Assembly (NCBI GenBank): GCA_002438565.1
Contig: DJPN01000006.1
Coordinates: forward strand, 8,544 to 72,543
DNA length: 64,000 bases
Source: Alphaproteobacteria bacterium UBA6411
GTDB lineage: Bacteria; Pseudomonadota; Alphaproteobacteria; CAAGCB01; CAG-977
Reading direction: 5' to 3'
The position numbers were made by a program, and so were the translations under genes. Below the pieces are notes generated by a model. The model made no database searches. It was not told the origin of the DNA and worked only from the letters and a program-made list of their open reading frames with translations. This document shows positions 1-9,626 of this stretch, piece by piece. Position 1 is the first letter of the stretch. Every line of letters begins with the position of its first letter.

Positions 1-1028
1 TTGTCGTGTCGGGCGGCGGCCGGCTGGAGCATGAATTGGAACGAATCGGCGTGGAACACATCACCCTGCCCGTTTACTCCAAAAACTACTTTACCATGCG
101 CAAAAACGCCAAACTGTTGGCGCAAATCATCAAAGACAAGCATGTCGACATCATTCACGCCCGTTCCCGCGCCCCCGCGTGGAGTGCGAAATGGGCGGCT
201 GAAATAGCCGGCATCCCGTTTATGACGACATTCCACGGCGCGTACAACATCGGACCGATAAAGCTGAAAAAAGCCTACAACCGCATTATGACCGAAGGTG
301 TCGTCACCATCGCCGTATCCAATTTTATAAAACGGCACATCATGGACAACTACGGCCTTGACGAAAGCAAAATCCGCGTCATCCACCGCGGAGTCGACAT
401 CGACCGCTTCGACACGGCGAAAGTTTCGCCCGAACGCATGATTGCTTTGGCGAAAAAATGGAACCTGCCCGAAGACCGCCCCGTCATCATGCTTCCCGGC
501 CGTTTGACCCGCTGGAAAGGACAACTGGTTCTGCTGGACGCTTTGGCGAAAATGAAACACAAGGATTTGCGCTGTCTGTTTGTCGGTTCGGATCAAGGGC
601 GCGTCGCTTACCGCAAGGAAATGGATAAAAAAGCCAAAAAACTGGGACTGGAATCGGTTGTACAGGTGGTTGACCACTGTTCTGAAATGGATGTGGCGTA
701 CCTGCTGTCCGACATTGTCGTTTCGGCTTCGACCGATCCCGAAGCGTTCGGCCGCGTCGTTCCCGAAGCGCAAGCCATGGGACGAATCGTCGTTGCCTCA
801 AATCACGGCGGCGCGACGGAAACCGTGCGCGACGGTGAAACGGGATTTTTGTTCCCGTCGGGTGATTCGACGGCTTTGGCTGAAATTCTGGATAAAATTC
901 TGGATATGCCCGCCGCCGAACGCGACGCTATGACGAAACGCGCCGTCGACAGCGTGCGTTCAGAATTTTCAAAAACGAAAATGTGCGATAAAACCCTTGC
1001 CGTTTATCGGGAAATTTTACAGCATTAA
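1..1028 (+). CDS. Glycosyltransferase, GT4-like (group 1), 5' end probably truncated by the window edge
   Basis: ORF runs to the window start. C-terminal region is typical of GT-B/GT4 enzymes (..GRLTRWKGQ..VGSDQG.., EAFGRVVPEAQAMG, GGATETV). Confidence 0.65.
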   Translation, partial: VVSGGGRLEHELERIGVEHITLPVYSKNYFTMRKNAKLLAQIIKDKHVDIIHARSRAPAWSAKWAAEIAGIPFMTTFHGAYNIGPIKLKKAYNRIMTEGVVTIAVSNFIKRHIMDNYGLDESKIRVIHRGVDIDRFDTAKVSPERMIALAKKWNLPEDRPVIMLPGRLTRWKGQLVLLDALAKMKHKDLRCLFVGSDQGRVAYRKEMDKKAKKLGLESVVQVVDHCSEMDVAYLLSDIVVSASTDPEAFGRVVPEAQAMGRIVVASNHGGATETVRDGETGFLFPSGDSTALAEILDKILDMPAAERDAMTKRAVDSVRSEFSKTKMCDKTLAVYREILQH

Positions 1029-1032
1029 ACGC

Positions 1033-1061
1033 TTGAATCCGAAACAAAGCGGTTATACAAT
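1033..1061 (+). promoter_or_regulatory. Sigma70-like promoter candidate upstream of thrS (TTGAAT-N17-TACAAT)
   Basis: -35 TTGAAT at 1033-1038 and -10 TACAAT at 1056-1061 with a 17-nt spacer, about 40 nt upstream of the thrS start. Confidence 0.3.
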
Positions 1062-1102
1062 GCGCGCAATTTGAAACTTCAATTTTGAAAGAATGAAACA
1101 CT

Positions 1103-3022
1103 ATGCTTTCGATAAAACTTCCCGACAACACCGTCTTGTCCTTTGACGCCCCCGTCAGCGGCGCGGACATCGCCGCCAAAATCGGCGCGGGTCTGGCAAA
1201 GGCGGCTCTGGCAATCAAAGTCAACGGCAAACTGCAAGACTTGGCAACGCCGATTGCGTCCGACGCGGACATCGACATCATCACCGCCAAATCTCCGGAA
1301 GGGCTGAACATCATCCGCCACACTTGTTCGCACGTTATGGCGCAGGCGGTTCAAGAATTGTATCCCGAAACGCAGGTCACCATCGGCCCCGCAATCGAAA
1401 ACGGATTTTATTACGACTTCGCGCGTCCCACTCCGTTTACTTTGGCGGATTTGGAAGCGATTGAAAAACGCATGGCGGAAATCGTCGACCGCGACGAAAA
1501 AATCGTCCGCATTGAAAAGAAGCGCGAAGACGCCATTGAATTTTTCAAAAACAAAGGCGAAAAATACAAAGTCGAACTGATTGAAGACCTGCCCGCAGGC
1601 GAAACAATCAGCTTTTATCAGCAGGGGGACTTTATCGACCTGTGCCGCGGACCGCACCTGCCGTCCACGGGCAAAGTCGGCAAAGCGTTCAAATTGATGA
1701 AAGTCGCGGGCGCTTACTGGCGCGGCGATTCCAACCGCGAACAACTGCAGCGCATTTACGGCACAGCTTGGGCGGATAAAAAATCGTTGGAAGCTTATCT
1801 GACCCAGCTGGAGGAAGCCGAAAAACGCGACCACCGCAAACTGGGACGCGAAATGGACTTGTTCCACTTTGAAGAAGTCGCCCCCGGCGATATTTTCTGG
1901 CATCCGCACGGCTGGACTTTGTTCCAGACGCTCATCAGCTATTTGCGCAAACGGCAAGACGATGTCGGCTATGTTGAAATCAACACGCCGCAAATCATGG
2001 ATCGCGTTTTGTGGGAAACGTCGGGACACTGGGACTGGTATCGTGAAAATATGTTCACCACAACCATTGAAGACCGCGTTTTCTGCGTCAAACCGATGAA
2101 CTGCCCCGGCGGTATTCTGGTGTTCAAGCAGGGCTTGAAATCCTACCGCGATTTGCCGCAGTACATTGCCGAATTCGGCCGCGTTCACCGCTACGAAGCG
2201 TCGGGCGCTCTGCACGGATTGTTCCGCGTCCGCGCCTTTACGCAGGACGACGCGCACATTTTCTGCACGCCCGAACAGCTGGAAGACGAATGTCAGAAGG
2301 TCGTTCGTCTGATGCTGGATATTTACGACGCGTTCGGACTGAAAGACGTCAACATCAAACTGTCAACCCGCCCCGCCGAACGCATCGGCGCCGACGAATT
2401 GTGGGACAAAACCGAGACCGCTTTGGCGCAGGCGTTGACCGATATGGGATACAAATACACCTTGAACCCCGGCGACGGCGCGTTCTACGGCCCGAAGCTG
2501 GACTTTAAGGTCAAAGACGCCATCGGCCGCGAATGGCAGCTGGGAACTTTGCAGGTTGATATGAACCTGCCCGAACGCTTTGACGTTTCGTATGTCGGCG
2601 AAGACGGCGAAAAGCACCGCCCGATTATGCTGCACCGCGCTTTGTTCGGTTCTTTGGAACGCTTTACGGGCATTATGATTGAGCATTATGCGGGCAAATT
2701 CCCGTTCTGGCTCGCCCCTGTTCAAGCTGTTGTCGCGACAATCACCGACGACGGCGACGAATACGCCAAAGAAGTCCAAAAGGCGATGAAAAAAGCGGGA
2801 TTGCGCGTCGAATTGGATTTGCGCAACGAAAAAATCAGCTATAAAGTCCGTGAACATTCAATGAAGAAAGTTCCGGTCATTATCGCCATCGGCAAACGCG
2901 AAGCGGCGGAACACACCGTTGCCATTCGCCGCTTGGGCGAAGACAAGCAGGAAGTCCTGCCCTTGTCCGAAGCGATTGCCAAATTGACGGCTGAAGCGGT
3001 TTGGCCGCATATTGAAGACTGA
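1103..3022 (+). CDS. thrS: Threonyl-tRNA synthetase
   Basis: 639 aa with TGS/second-additional domain, class II aaRS core and anticodon-binding domain (HTCSHVMAQA.., FYYDF.., class II motifs). Lies immediately upstream of infC, as in most bacteria. Confidence 0.95.
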   Translation: MLSIKLPDNTVLSFDAPVSGADIAAKIGAGLAKAALAIKVNGKLQDLATPIASDADIDIITAKSPEGLNIIRHTCSHVMAQAVQELYPETQVTIGPAIENGFYYDFARPTPFTLADLEAIEKRMAEIVDRDEKIVRIEKKREDAIEFFKNKGEKYKVELIEDLPAGETISFYQQGDFIDLCRGPHLPSTGKVGKAFKLMKVAGAYWRGDSNREQLQRIYGTAWADKKSLEAYLTQLEEAEKRDHRKLGREMDLFHFEEVAPGDIFWHPHGWTLFQTLISYLRKRQDDVGYVEINTPQIMDRVLWETSGHWDWYRENMFTTTIEDRVFCVKPMNCPGGILVFKQGLKSYRDLPQYIAEFGRVHRYEASGALHGLFRVRAFTQDDAHIFCTPEQLEDECQKVVRLMLDIYDAFGLKDVNIKLSTRPAERIGADELWDKTETALAQALTDMGYKYTLNPGDGAFYGPKLDFKVKDAIGREWQLGTLQVDMNLPERFDVSYVGEDGEKHRPIMLHRALFGSLERFTGIMIEHYAGKFPFWLAPVQAVVATITDDGDEYAKEVQKAMKKAGLRVELDLRNEKISYKVREHSMKKVPVIIAIGKREAAEHTVAIRRLGEDKQEVLPLSEAIAKLTAEAVWPHIED

Positions 3023-3053
3023 AGTTTAACACCTTAACTAATGGAGGCTTTTT

Positions 3054-3590
3054 ATTACTACCGATACGACACATGCCACGCCCACCCGTGAGGGGCCGCG
3101 TGCCAACGAAGACATCACAGCCAAACAAGTTCGACTGATTGGTGCCGCAGGTGAGAACATTGGAGTTGTTTCTATTCGCGAAGCTTTGCGGCTGGCGGAT
3201 GAAGCGGGGTTGGATTTAATCGAAATTTCGCCGAACGCCGAACCGCCCGTATGCAAAATCTTGGATTTGGGCAAGTTCCGCTACGAACAGCAGAAACGCA
3301 AGGCTGAAGCCAAAAAGAACCAAAAAGTCGTCGAAATCAAGGAAATCAAACTGAGTCCGAATATCGACACACACGATTACGAAGTCAAAATGAAAAGCGC
3401 ACAGCGCTTTATCACGGACGGCAACAAAGTGAAATTCTCGCTGCGTTTCCGCGGGCGTGAAATGGCTTATATTGAACAGGGGCAGGAAATTATGGCGCAC
3501 GTTGTCGAAGACAGCGATTTGTTCGCCAAAGTGGAACAGCCCGCCAAACTGGAAGGCAAGCAGATTACAATGGTGCTTGCGCCGAAATAA
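3054..3590 (+). CDS. infC: Translation initiation factor IF-3, non-canonical ATT start codon
   Basis: In-frame extension of the track ORF 3186-3590 back to ATT at 3054. GGAGG (3043-3047) sits 6 nt upstream. The product aligns with the IF-3 N-terminus (..EDITAKQVRLIGAAGENIGVVSIREAL..) and C-domain (SPNAEPPVCKI, RFRGREMAY). AUU/AUA starts are the conserved autoregulatory feature of infC. Confidence 0.85.
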   Translation: MTTDTTHATPTREGPRANEDITAKQVRLIGAAGENIGVVSIREALRLADEAGLDLIEISPNAEPPVCKILDLGKFRYEQQKRKAEAKKNQKVVEIKEIKLSPNIDTHDYEVKMKSAQRFITDGNKVKFSLRFRGREMAYIEQGQEIMAHVVEDSDLFAKVEQPAKLEGKQITMVLAPK

Positions 3591-3596
3591 ATCGAA

Positions 3597-3620
3597 AACC
3601 CGCCGACAGGCGGGTTTTTT
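3597..3620. terminator. Bidirectional rho-independent terminator between infC (+) and the convergent secreted-protein gene (-)
   Basis: CCCGCC-GACA-GGCGGG hairpin followed by TTTTTT on the + strand. An A/T run precedes it, so the reverse complement also reads hairpin then TTTTCGATTT. Confidence 0.6.
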
Positions 3621-3648
3621 AATACATAACGGGTTTTTTCGGTTTAAA

Positions 3649-4215
3649 CTATTTTGCCGACAGCAAATCCAACGAATTGCCGATAACGTTTTCAAACGTC
3701 ATCCCTGTTTCGTTTTCGATTGTTTCACGCGCAAATTGAGCTGAACGGGAAAACGGATCATTCGATCTTTCCATATCTTTCATCGCTTTCATGATACGTT
3801 CACGAACCGCCTCGGGTGCCGATTTGATTCTTGATTCAAACGATGTCGGAATTTTATAGCCCATGCGACGCAAATGTTCCGTAATCGACAGCATGTTGTG
3901 CATATTGACTTCGGGAGCCGTCGCGCGCTGGCCGTAATCCGTCCCCCACGTTGTCATTTCACCTGTAAATTCGGGCATTTTCGTGTTCCAGATGTTATTT
4001 GAACCGCCCGCATACGTCGGCTGATACGGCTGGGAACCGTAAACAACGGGACCAACCTGCTGCACTTGAATCGGCTGTTGCTGCTGATAATAAACAGGCT
4101 GTTGAGCCGTATTCGCCGCCGCCCATGGATCGGACGGCAACGCCTGCGCATTCGCCTGCGCCGCCAATGCAACAAACGAAACCGCCGCTGTCAAAATCGT
4201 GCTTTTGTTCATCAT
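3649..4215 (-). CDS. Secreted hypothetical protein with a Sec signal peptide and a Gln/Tyr-rich low-complexity segment
   Basis: N-terminus MMNKSTILTAAVSFVALAAQANA looks like a signal peptide with an AxA cleavage site. Followed by ..QQPVYYQQQQPIQVQQ.. No family recognised. Confidence 0.55.
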   Translation of the reverse strand: MMNKSTILTAAVSFVALAAQANAQALPSDPWAAANTAQQPVYYQQQQPIQVQQVGPVVYGSQPYQPTYAGGSNNIWNTKMPEFTGEMTTWGTDYGQRATAPEVNMHNMLSITEHLRRMGYKIPTSFESRIKSAPEAVRERIMKAMKDMERSNDPFSRSAQFARETIENETGMTFENVIGNSLDLLSAK

Positions 4216-4302
4216 CGGATCACCTCCGCCGAATTTTCATTGTTGGTTACAGGATACTCCCTTTTTCGCAGAAGGGATAGTGACAAAAATATGTCGTTTT
4301 GG

Positions 4303-5679
4303 TTAAGCCCGTTTCCATTGCGTACCCGACGGCGTGTCTTCAATGACAATGCCTTTATCCGCCAATTCTTTGCGCACGGCATCCGCCGTCGCGAAATCTT
4401 TGGCTTTGCGGGCGTCGGCGCGCTTTTGAATCAAGGCTTCAATTTCCGATTCGGACAACCCCTGTTCCTGTTTGGCGGGAACCCGGCGGAACCATTCTTC
4501 GGGATCTTGGTACAAAATACCCAGCAAATGCCCCGACGCAATCAGCGTTTTTTTCAGTTCCGCCGCTTTTTCTGGAGACTTGTTCATTTCGGTCACAAGC
4601 CCATGCAAAACGGCAATCGCTTTCGGTGTGTTCAAATCGTCGCTCAACGCTTCGACGACCTCGGCTGACGGTTCGGCATCCGACAAATCGACATCGGGTG
4701 TCGAACGCAAAGCCGTGTAAAATCTGTCCATGGTTTGCTTGGCCTGCTTCAATCCTTCGGGCATCCAGTTCAGCGGCTGGTGGTAATGCGTTCCCAAAGT
4801 ATACAAACGGAATGCTTCCCCGGGCACTTGATCGAGGATTTCGCGAATGGTAAAGAAGTTGCCCAGCGATTTCGACATTTTTTCGCCGTTGACCATCAAA
4901 TGCCCGTTGTGCATCCAGTATTTGGCGTAAAAGTCGTGTCCGAACGCGCAGCACGATTGCGCGATTTCGTTTTCATGATGCGGGAAAATCAAGTCTTGAC
5001 CGCCGCCGTGAATATCGAACGTTTCGCCCAAGTATTTGCTGCTCATCGCCGAACATTCCAAATGCCACCCCGGACGACCGCGTCCCCAAGGACTGTCCCA
5101 TCCCGGCTGAGTGTTGTCGGACGGCTTCCACAAAATAAAGTCGGCGGCGTCGCGTTTGTACGGAGCGACTTCGACGCGCGCGCCCGCAATCATTTCGTCC
5201 ATGGAACGTCCCGACAGCCGCCCGTAATTTTTCATTTTGGCAACGCTGAACAAAACGTGTCCCTCGGCTTCGTAAGCATAGCCGTTGTCAACCAGCTTTT
5301 GCACCAAAGCAATCATTTCCGGAATGTGTTGAGTGGCGCGCGGTTCGACGTCGGGCGGCAAAGCGTTCAATTCGGCGATGTCGTCGTGAAAGTATTTCGA
5401 CGTTTTTTCGGTGATGACATTAATGGGTTCGCCCGATTCCTGCGACCGTTTGATGATTTTGTCGTCAACGTCGGTGATGTTGCGAACGTAGGTTACCTTG
5501 GGATACAGCTGTTTGAGCAAACGGTACAGCGTATCGAAAACGATAATCGGACGCGCGTTGCCGATATGGGCGCGGTCGTAAACCGTCGGACCGCAAACGT
5601 ACATACGGACGTTGTTCGGGTCAAGCGGCTCGAATTTCTCCTTTTTGCGGCTCATCGTGTTTGTAACGTACAAAGTCAT
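4303..5679 (-). CDS. cysS: Cysteinyl-tRNA synthetase
   Basis: 458 aa. Class I aaRS motifs (CGPTVYD..HIGN, KMSKSLGN). The start has an AAGGA SD and sits 5 nt after the gltX stop, so the two genes are coupled. Confidence 0.95.
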   Translation of the reverse strand: MTLYVTNTMSRKKEKFEPLDPNNVRMYVCGPTVYDRAHIGNARPIIVFDTLYRLLKQLYPKVTYVRNITDVDDKIIKRSQESGEPINVITEKTSKYFHDDIAELNALPPDVEPRATQHIPEMIALVQKLVDNGYAYEAEGHVLFSVAKMKNYGRLSGRSMDEMIAGARVEVAPYKRDAADFILWKPSDNTQPGWDSPWGRGRPGWHLECSAMSSKYLGETFDIHGGGQDLIFPHHENEIAQSCCAFGHDFYAKYWMHNGHLMVNGEKMSKSLGNFFTIREILDQVPGEAFRLYTLGTHYHQPLNWMPEGLKQAKQTMDRFYTALRSTPDVDLSDAEPSAEVVEALSDDLNTPKAIAVLHGLVTEMNKSPEKAAELKKTLIASGHLLGILYQDPEEWFRRVPAKQEQGLSESEIEALIQKRADARKAKDFATADAVRKELADKGIVIEDTPSGTQWKRA

Positions 5680-5684
5680 CTTTT

Positions 5685-7031
5685 TTATCCTTGCAGACGT
5701 TTTAAAGTTTTTTCATAGCCCAAGACAGGCAGCAGCATTTTCAGTTCGGGTCCCTGCTCCAATCCCGTCAGCGCCAAGCGTATCGGGTGGAACAAATCGC
5801 GCCCTTTGCGCCCCGTTTTTTCCTTGACGGCGGCGGTCCAAGCCCCGAACGTGTTTTCGTCGAATTCGCCTGCCGGCAGCAATTCCGCCGCTTGGCGCGC
5901 GAAAGCGCGGTCTTCGGCGTTCAAATCGAAAACCAAATCTTCGCCGCAGATTTTCACCCAGTCGTTTATATCGTCGACTTTGGACAGGTTCGGCGAAACC
6001 GCCGCCCACAGCTGTTCGGAAACCGGAGCTTTGCCCTCCTCTTTCAAACGGGCGTTGACTTCGGACAGCGGCAAAGCGTGAACGATGCGGGGATTGAGTT
6101 TGAACAAATCCTGCGTGTCGAAATGCGGCTGAGCGCGCCCGAATTTTGTCAAATCAAAGTGCGGAGCAAGGGCTTCCATGCTTGTTTCGACAACGGTCGC
6201 ATCCGACGTTCCCAATCGCGCCAGCAGACAGGCGATGGTCATCGGCTCGATGCCCGCTTCGCGCAAATCGCGGAAGTTGACGGAACCCAAGCGTTTGGAC
6301 AGTTTGCCCTCTTTGCCCGTCAGCAAAGGCGGATGCCCGAACACGGGAACTTTGCCGCCCAAAGCTTCAAACATCTGGATTTGAACGGCAGTGTTTGTAA
6401 CATGGTCTTCGCCGCGGATAACGTGCGTAATGCCGAAATCCATATCGTCGATGACGGACGGCAGCATATAGGGGAAAGTTCCGTCCTCGCGCACGATAAT
6501 CGGGTCGCTCAAGTGCGCGCCGTTGTACGAACAATGCCCGCGCACCATATCGTCCCACGATGTTTCCTTGTGTTCCAAAACAAAGCGGTAATGCGGACGG
6601 CGTCCCTCTGCCTCATAGGCTTTGCGCTGTTCATCGGTCAAATGCATGCCGGCGCGGTCGTAAACGGGCGGCAATCCGCGCGCGCGCTGACGGCGGCGTT
6701 TGTATTCCAATTCTTCAGCCGTTTCGTAACAAGCGTAAATCAAACCCTTGGCGCGCAACTGTTCGACGACTTCGCGGTAGCGATCCAAGCGGGCGGATTG
6801 GTGTTCCAGTCTGTCCCACGAAATTTTCATCCAATTCAACGCTTCGTAAACAGCGGCTTCGTATTCGGGTTTCGACCGTTCCGTATCGGTGTCGTCCATG
6901 CGCAGAACGAAAGACACGTCTTCACCCGCCTGTTTTTTATTCAAGGCAAACAGGTAATTCAACAAAGCCGTACGCAGATTCCCGATGTGCATATATCCCG
7001 TCGGGCTGGGGGCAAAACGAACAACAATCAC
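5685..7031 (-). CDS. gltX: Glutamyl-tRNA synthetase. Start taken at the GTG at 7031; a TTG at 7040 overlapping the nadE stop is an alternative.
   Basis: RFAPSPTGYMHIGNLRTAL.. HIGH-type motif and KLSKR. The track ORF start at 7067 has no SD. The GTG at 7031 lies 9 nt after AAGAAGG. Confidence 0.88.
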   Translation of the reverse strand: MIVVRFAPSPTGYMHIGNLRTALLNYLFALNKKQAGEDVSFVLRMDDTDTERSKPEYEAAVYEALNWMKISWDRLEHQSARLDRYREVVEQLRAKGLIYACYETAEELEYKRRRQRARGLPPVYDRAGMHLTDEQRKAYEAEGRRPHYRFVLEHKETSWDDMVRGHCSYNGAHLSDPIIVREDGTFPYMLPSVIDDMDFGITHVIRGEDHVTNTAVQIQMFEALGGKVPVFGHPPLLTGKEGKLSKRLGSVNFRDLREAGIEPMTIACLLARLGTSDATVVETSMEALAPHFDLTKFGRAQPHFDTQDLFKLNPRIVHALPLSEVNARLKEEGKAPVSEQLWAAVSPNLSKVDDINDWVKICGEDLVFDLNAEDRAFARQAAELLPAGEFDENTFGAWTAAVKEKTGRKGRDLFHPIRLALTGLEQGPELKMLLPVLGYEKTLKRLQG

Positions 7032-7036
7032 TTTAA

Positions 7037-8515
7037 TCAAACCTTCTTGGTAACGGGGAAATTCCAATCTTCGTCAAACGAACGGCGGGACAGCTTGATG
7101 CCCTGCGCGCCCTGTTTGCGTTTGAATTCGGCGCGATGCAGCATCGACCAGACTTTGCGCACCGTCGCTTCGTCATAGCCCGCCGCGACGACTTCGTCAA
7201 CGCCCGCGTCGTTTTCAATCATCATTTTCAAAATCGCGTCCAAAGTCGGATACGGCGGCAAAGAATCCTCATCCTTTTGATTGGGGCGCAGTTCCGCGGT
7301 CGGCGCCTTGGTAATCAGATTGTCGGGCATAACGCGCTTGATGTCGTTTTCAATCCAGCGCGGGTGGTTTTCGTTGCGCCAGCGCGCCAAAGCGTAAGCA
7401 TCCGTTTTGTACAAGTCCTTTATCGGCGCAAAGCCCCCGCACATATCGCCGTACAGGGTCGAATAACCGACGGCTTCCTCGGATTTGTTGCAGGTTGCCA
7501 GCAGCAAATCGCCGAATTTGTTGGACAGAGCCATCAGCATCGTGCCGCGCATGCGCGCCTGCAGGTTTTCCTCGGTCGCGTCGCGGTCTTTGCCCGCAAA
7601 CACGGGGGCGAGCACGTCCTCCATCGCTTTGACGGGATCGACAATCGGCAAAATGTCATAGCGGATGCCCAGACATTCGGCAACGGCGCGCGCGTCGTTC
7701 AAGCTTTCCTCGCTGGTAAAGACGGATGGCATCATCACGGCGCGCACTTTGTCCGCGCCCAAAGCGTCAACGGCGATTGCGGCGCACAACGCGCTGTCAA
7801 ATCCGCCCGACAACCCCAGCAAAACGCCGTTAAAGCCGTTTTTGCGCACATAGTCGCCGACGCCCATCGTCAAAGCGCGCCAAGTGTTTTCGGGTTCGCT
7901 TGTCCACGGCCAAGACACTTCGTCAACGCCCGCGACGCCTTCTTTCCATAGCGGCAGACATTCGATAAAGCCGCCGTCCAAATCCAGCATAAACGAACCG
8001 CCTGCGAAAACCGCGCTGTCGTTTCCGCCGACAAGATTTGTGTACACCAACGGCAGGCGGATGCGCGACGCGAACGTGCGCGCATGTTCCAATGTTTCGG
8101 TAACCGTCCCGCTTCTGAACGGACGGGCGTCCAGAACTATCAGCTTGTCCACCCCGTTGCAGTTAACGGGTTCAAAGCCGATGGACACGGCGACGGCCAG
8201 CCCCGATATGGTAAAGTGGTTGCCGTAATGCACACCTTTGGCATTGACCAGAACGGGGGTCGCCCCGCCCGCGCCGTCGGGAATGGCGGTTAAAATCTCG
8301 CGGTCGTTATGATAGACTTTTTCCAATGTTTTGTGGACTTTAGCCATAAAGGATTTGGAATAAGCCAAATCCCCTAGCGGCCAGCCCGTCAAAGCGTAAG
8401 CGGGCAAAACCAGTGTTTCGCCCTTGCTTTGAATTCCCTGCTCCGCCGCCCAATGAATTTTTTTCAAGTTCCCTTCCAAATCGCCGGCAACAGGATTGAT
8501 TTGCGCAATCAGCAT
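7037..8515 (-). CDS. nadE: NAD+ synthetase with an N-terminal nitrilase-like (CN hydrolase) domain
   Basis: 492 aa. C-terminal PP-loop ATP pyrophosphatase motif SGGFDS. N-terminal CN-hydrolase-like domain. GGAGGA SD before the ATG. Confidence 0.9.
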   Translation of the reverse strand: MLIAQINPVAGDLEGNLKKIHWAAEQGIQSKGETLVLPAYALTGWPLGDLAYSKSFMAKVHKTLEKVYHNDREILTAIPDGAGGATPVLVNAKGVHYGNHFTISGLAVAVSIGFEPVNCNGVDKLIVLDARPFRSGTVTETLEHARTFASRIRLPLVYTNLVGGNDSAVFAGGSFMLDLDGGFIECLPLWKEGVAGVDEVSWPWTSEPENTWRALTMGVGDYVRKNGFNGVLLGLSGGFDSALCAAIAVDALGADKVRAVMMPSVFTSEESLNDARAVAECLGIRYDILPIVDPVKAMEDVLAPVFAGKDRDATEENLQARMRGTMLMALSNKFGDLLLATCNKSEEAVGYSTLYGDMCGGFAPIKDLYKTDAYALARWRNENHPRWIENDIKRVMPDNLITKAPTAELRPNQKDEDSLPPYPTLDAILKMMIENDAGVDEVVAAGYDEATVRKVWSMLHRAEFKRKQGAQGIKLSRRSFDEDWNFPVTKKV

Positions 8516-8589
8516 ACGGATTCCTCCAAAATTCTTTAAGTAAATTTAAGTCAGTCTATCGCGCTTTCGGATTGAATTCCATAAAAAAA

Positions 8590-9492
8590 CTATTCCGTTT
8601 CAATTTCTTTCAACCGCGCTTCGATTTCGCGCAAAGTCGGCTGAGCTTCTTGCGCGCCTGTTTTCAAGCATGTCAAAGCCGCCCCGCAGCACGCGCGCCT
8701 TACGGCATCCGCAAACGGCAGGCCCGCATCAATCATTGCGGCGAATATGCCGACGAAAGCATCTCCCGCCCCCGTCGTATCCACGGGTTTAACCGGCAAA
8801 GAGGCAATCGAAAACACTTGTCCGCCTTTGGCGGCGGCAACGCCTTTTTTGCCCAAAGTCATCAGACACGCCCCGCCCGTTTTTTCCGACAGGGCAAGCA
8901 CGGTTTCGGCAGGCGTTTTGCCTGCCTTGCCCAAAACGGTTTGCGCTTCGATTTCGTTGACAATCAGATAATCGACGCTTTGCAAGGCGGTTTGCGGCAC
9001 TTCGCGCGCGGGGGCGACGTTCAAGACCGTCTTTGCGCCTTTGGCTTTTGCGCGCTCCAACAAAGCGAAATTTTCCGCAGGCGGCACTTCCATTTGCATC
9101 ACGACAACCGTTTCTGGCGTCAACAGAGTATCGGGGACGGCGGAAGCTTTGACATTCATATTTGCGCCGCTGGCCACGACAATTGAGTTTTCGGCCGTTT
9201 CGTCAACCATAATCATTGCCATGCCCGTCGCACGTTCGGCCGTTTGCACAAAAGAGCAATCGACGCCGGCCGCCTTTAATGCCGTCAGCGGCACTTTGGC
9301 GATTTCATCCGCACCGACCGCACCGACCATTTTGACAATGCCGCCCGCTTTTGCCGCGGCGGCGGCTTGATTAGCGCCTTTTCCGCCGGCTTTGACAACG
9401 GCGTTCGGGGTCAAAACGGTTTCCCCCGGTTTCGGAAACGATTTGATATTCAAAAAGAAATCGGCGTTCAAAGATCCGAACACGACTATCAT
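8590..9492 (-). CDS. rbsK: Ribokinase / PfkB-family sugar kinase
   Basis: 300 aa. N-terminal GG motif (..KAGGKGANQA..) and C-terminal DTTGAGDAF anion-hole motif typical of ribokinase. Confidence 0.85.
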   Translation of the reverse strand: MIVVFGSLNADFFLNIKSFPKPGETVLTPNAVVKAGGKGANQAAAAAKAGGIVKMVGAVGADEIAKVPLTALKAAGVDCSFVQTAERATGMAMIMVDETAENSIVVASGANMNVKASAVPDTLLTPETVVVMQMEVPPAENFALLERAKAKGAKTVLNVAPAREVPQTALQSVDYLIVNEIEAQTVLGKAGKTPAETVLALSEKTGGACLMTLGKKGVAAAKGGQVFSIASLPVKPVDTTGAGDAFVGIFAAMIDAGLPFADAVRRACCGAALTCLKTGAQEAQPTLREIEARLKEIETE

Positions 9493-9626
9493 GAAACTGC
9501 TCCTTTTTCGGTTTTGCCCAGCATAGCAAAACGGCTTGATTCCGACAAGTGCGGATTTTATTTTGTATTTTAAGAAAAAAGCGATAATCTCTAACCCGAT
9601 TCAATTTCAGCTGAAAGGTTTGACAA

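Noticed and set aside
1079-2257. 392-aa minus-strand ORF inside thrS, and similar long antisense ORFs in gltX (5787-7178), glmS (14475-15374), glmU (16558-17652), proS (42770-43873) and clpX (46971-47894)
   Set aside because: All are antisense to strongly conserved genes and translate to low-complexity R/A/G/V-rich sequence. Treated as GC-driven artefacts.
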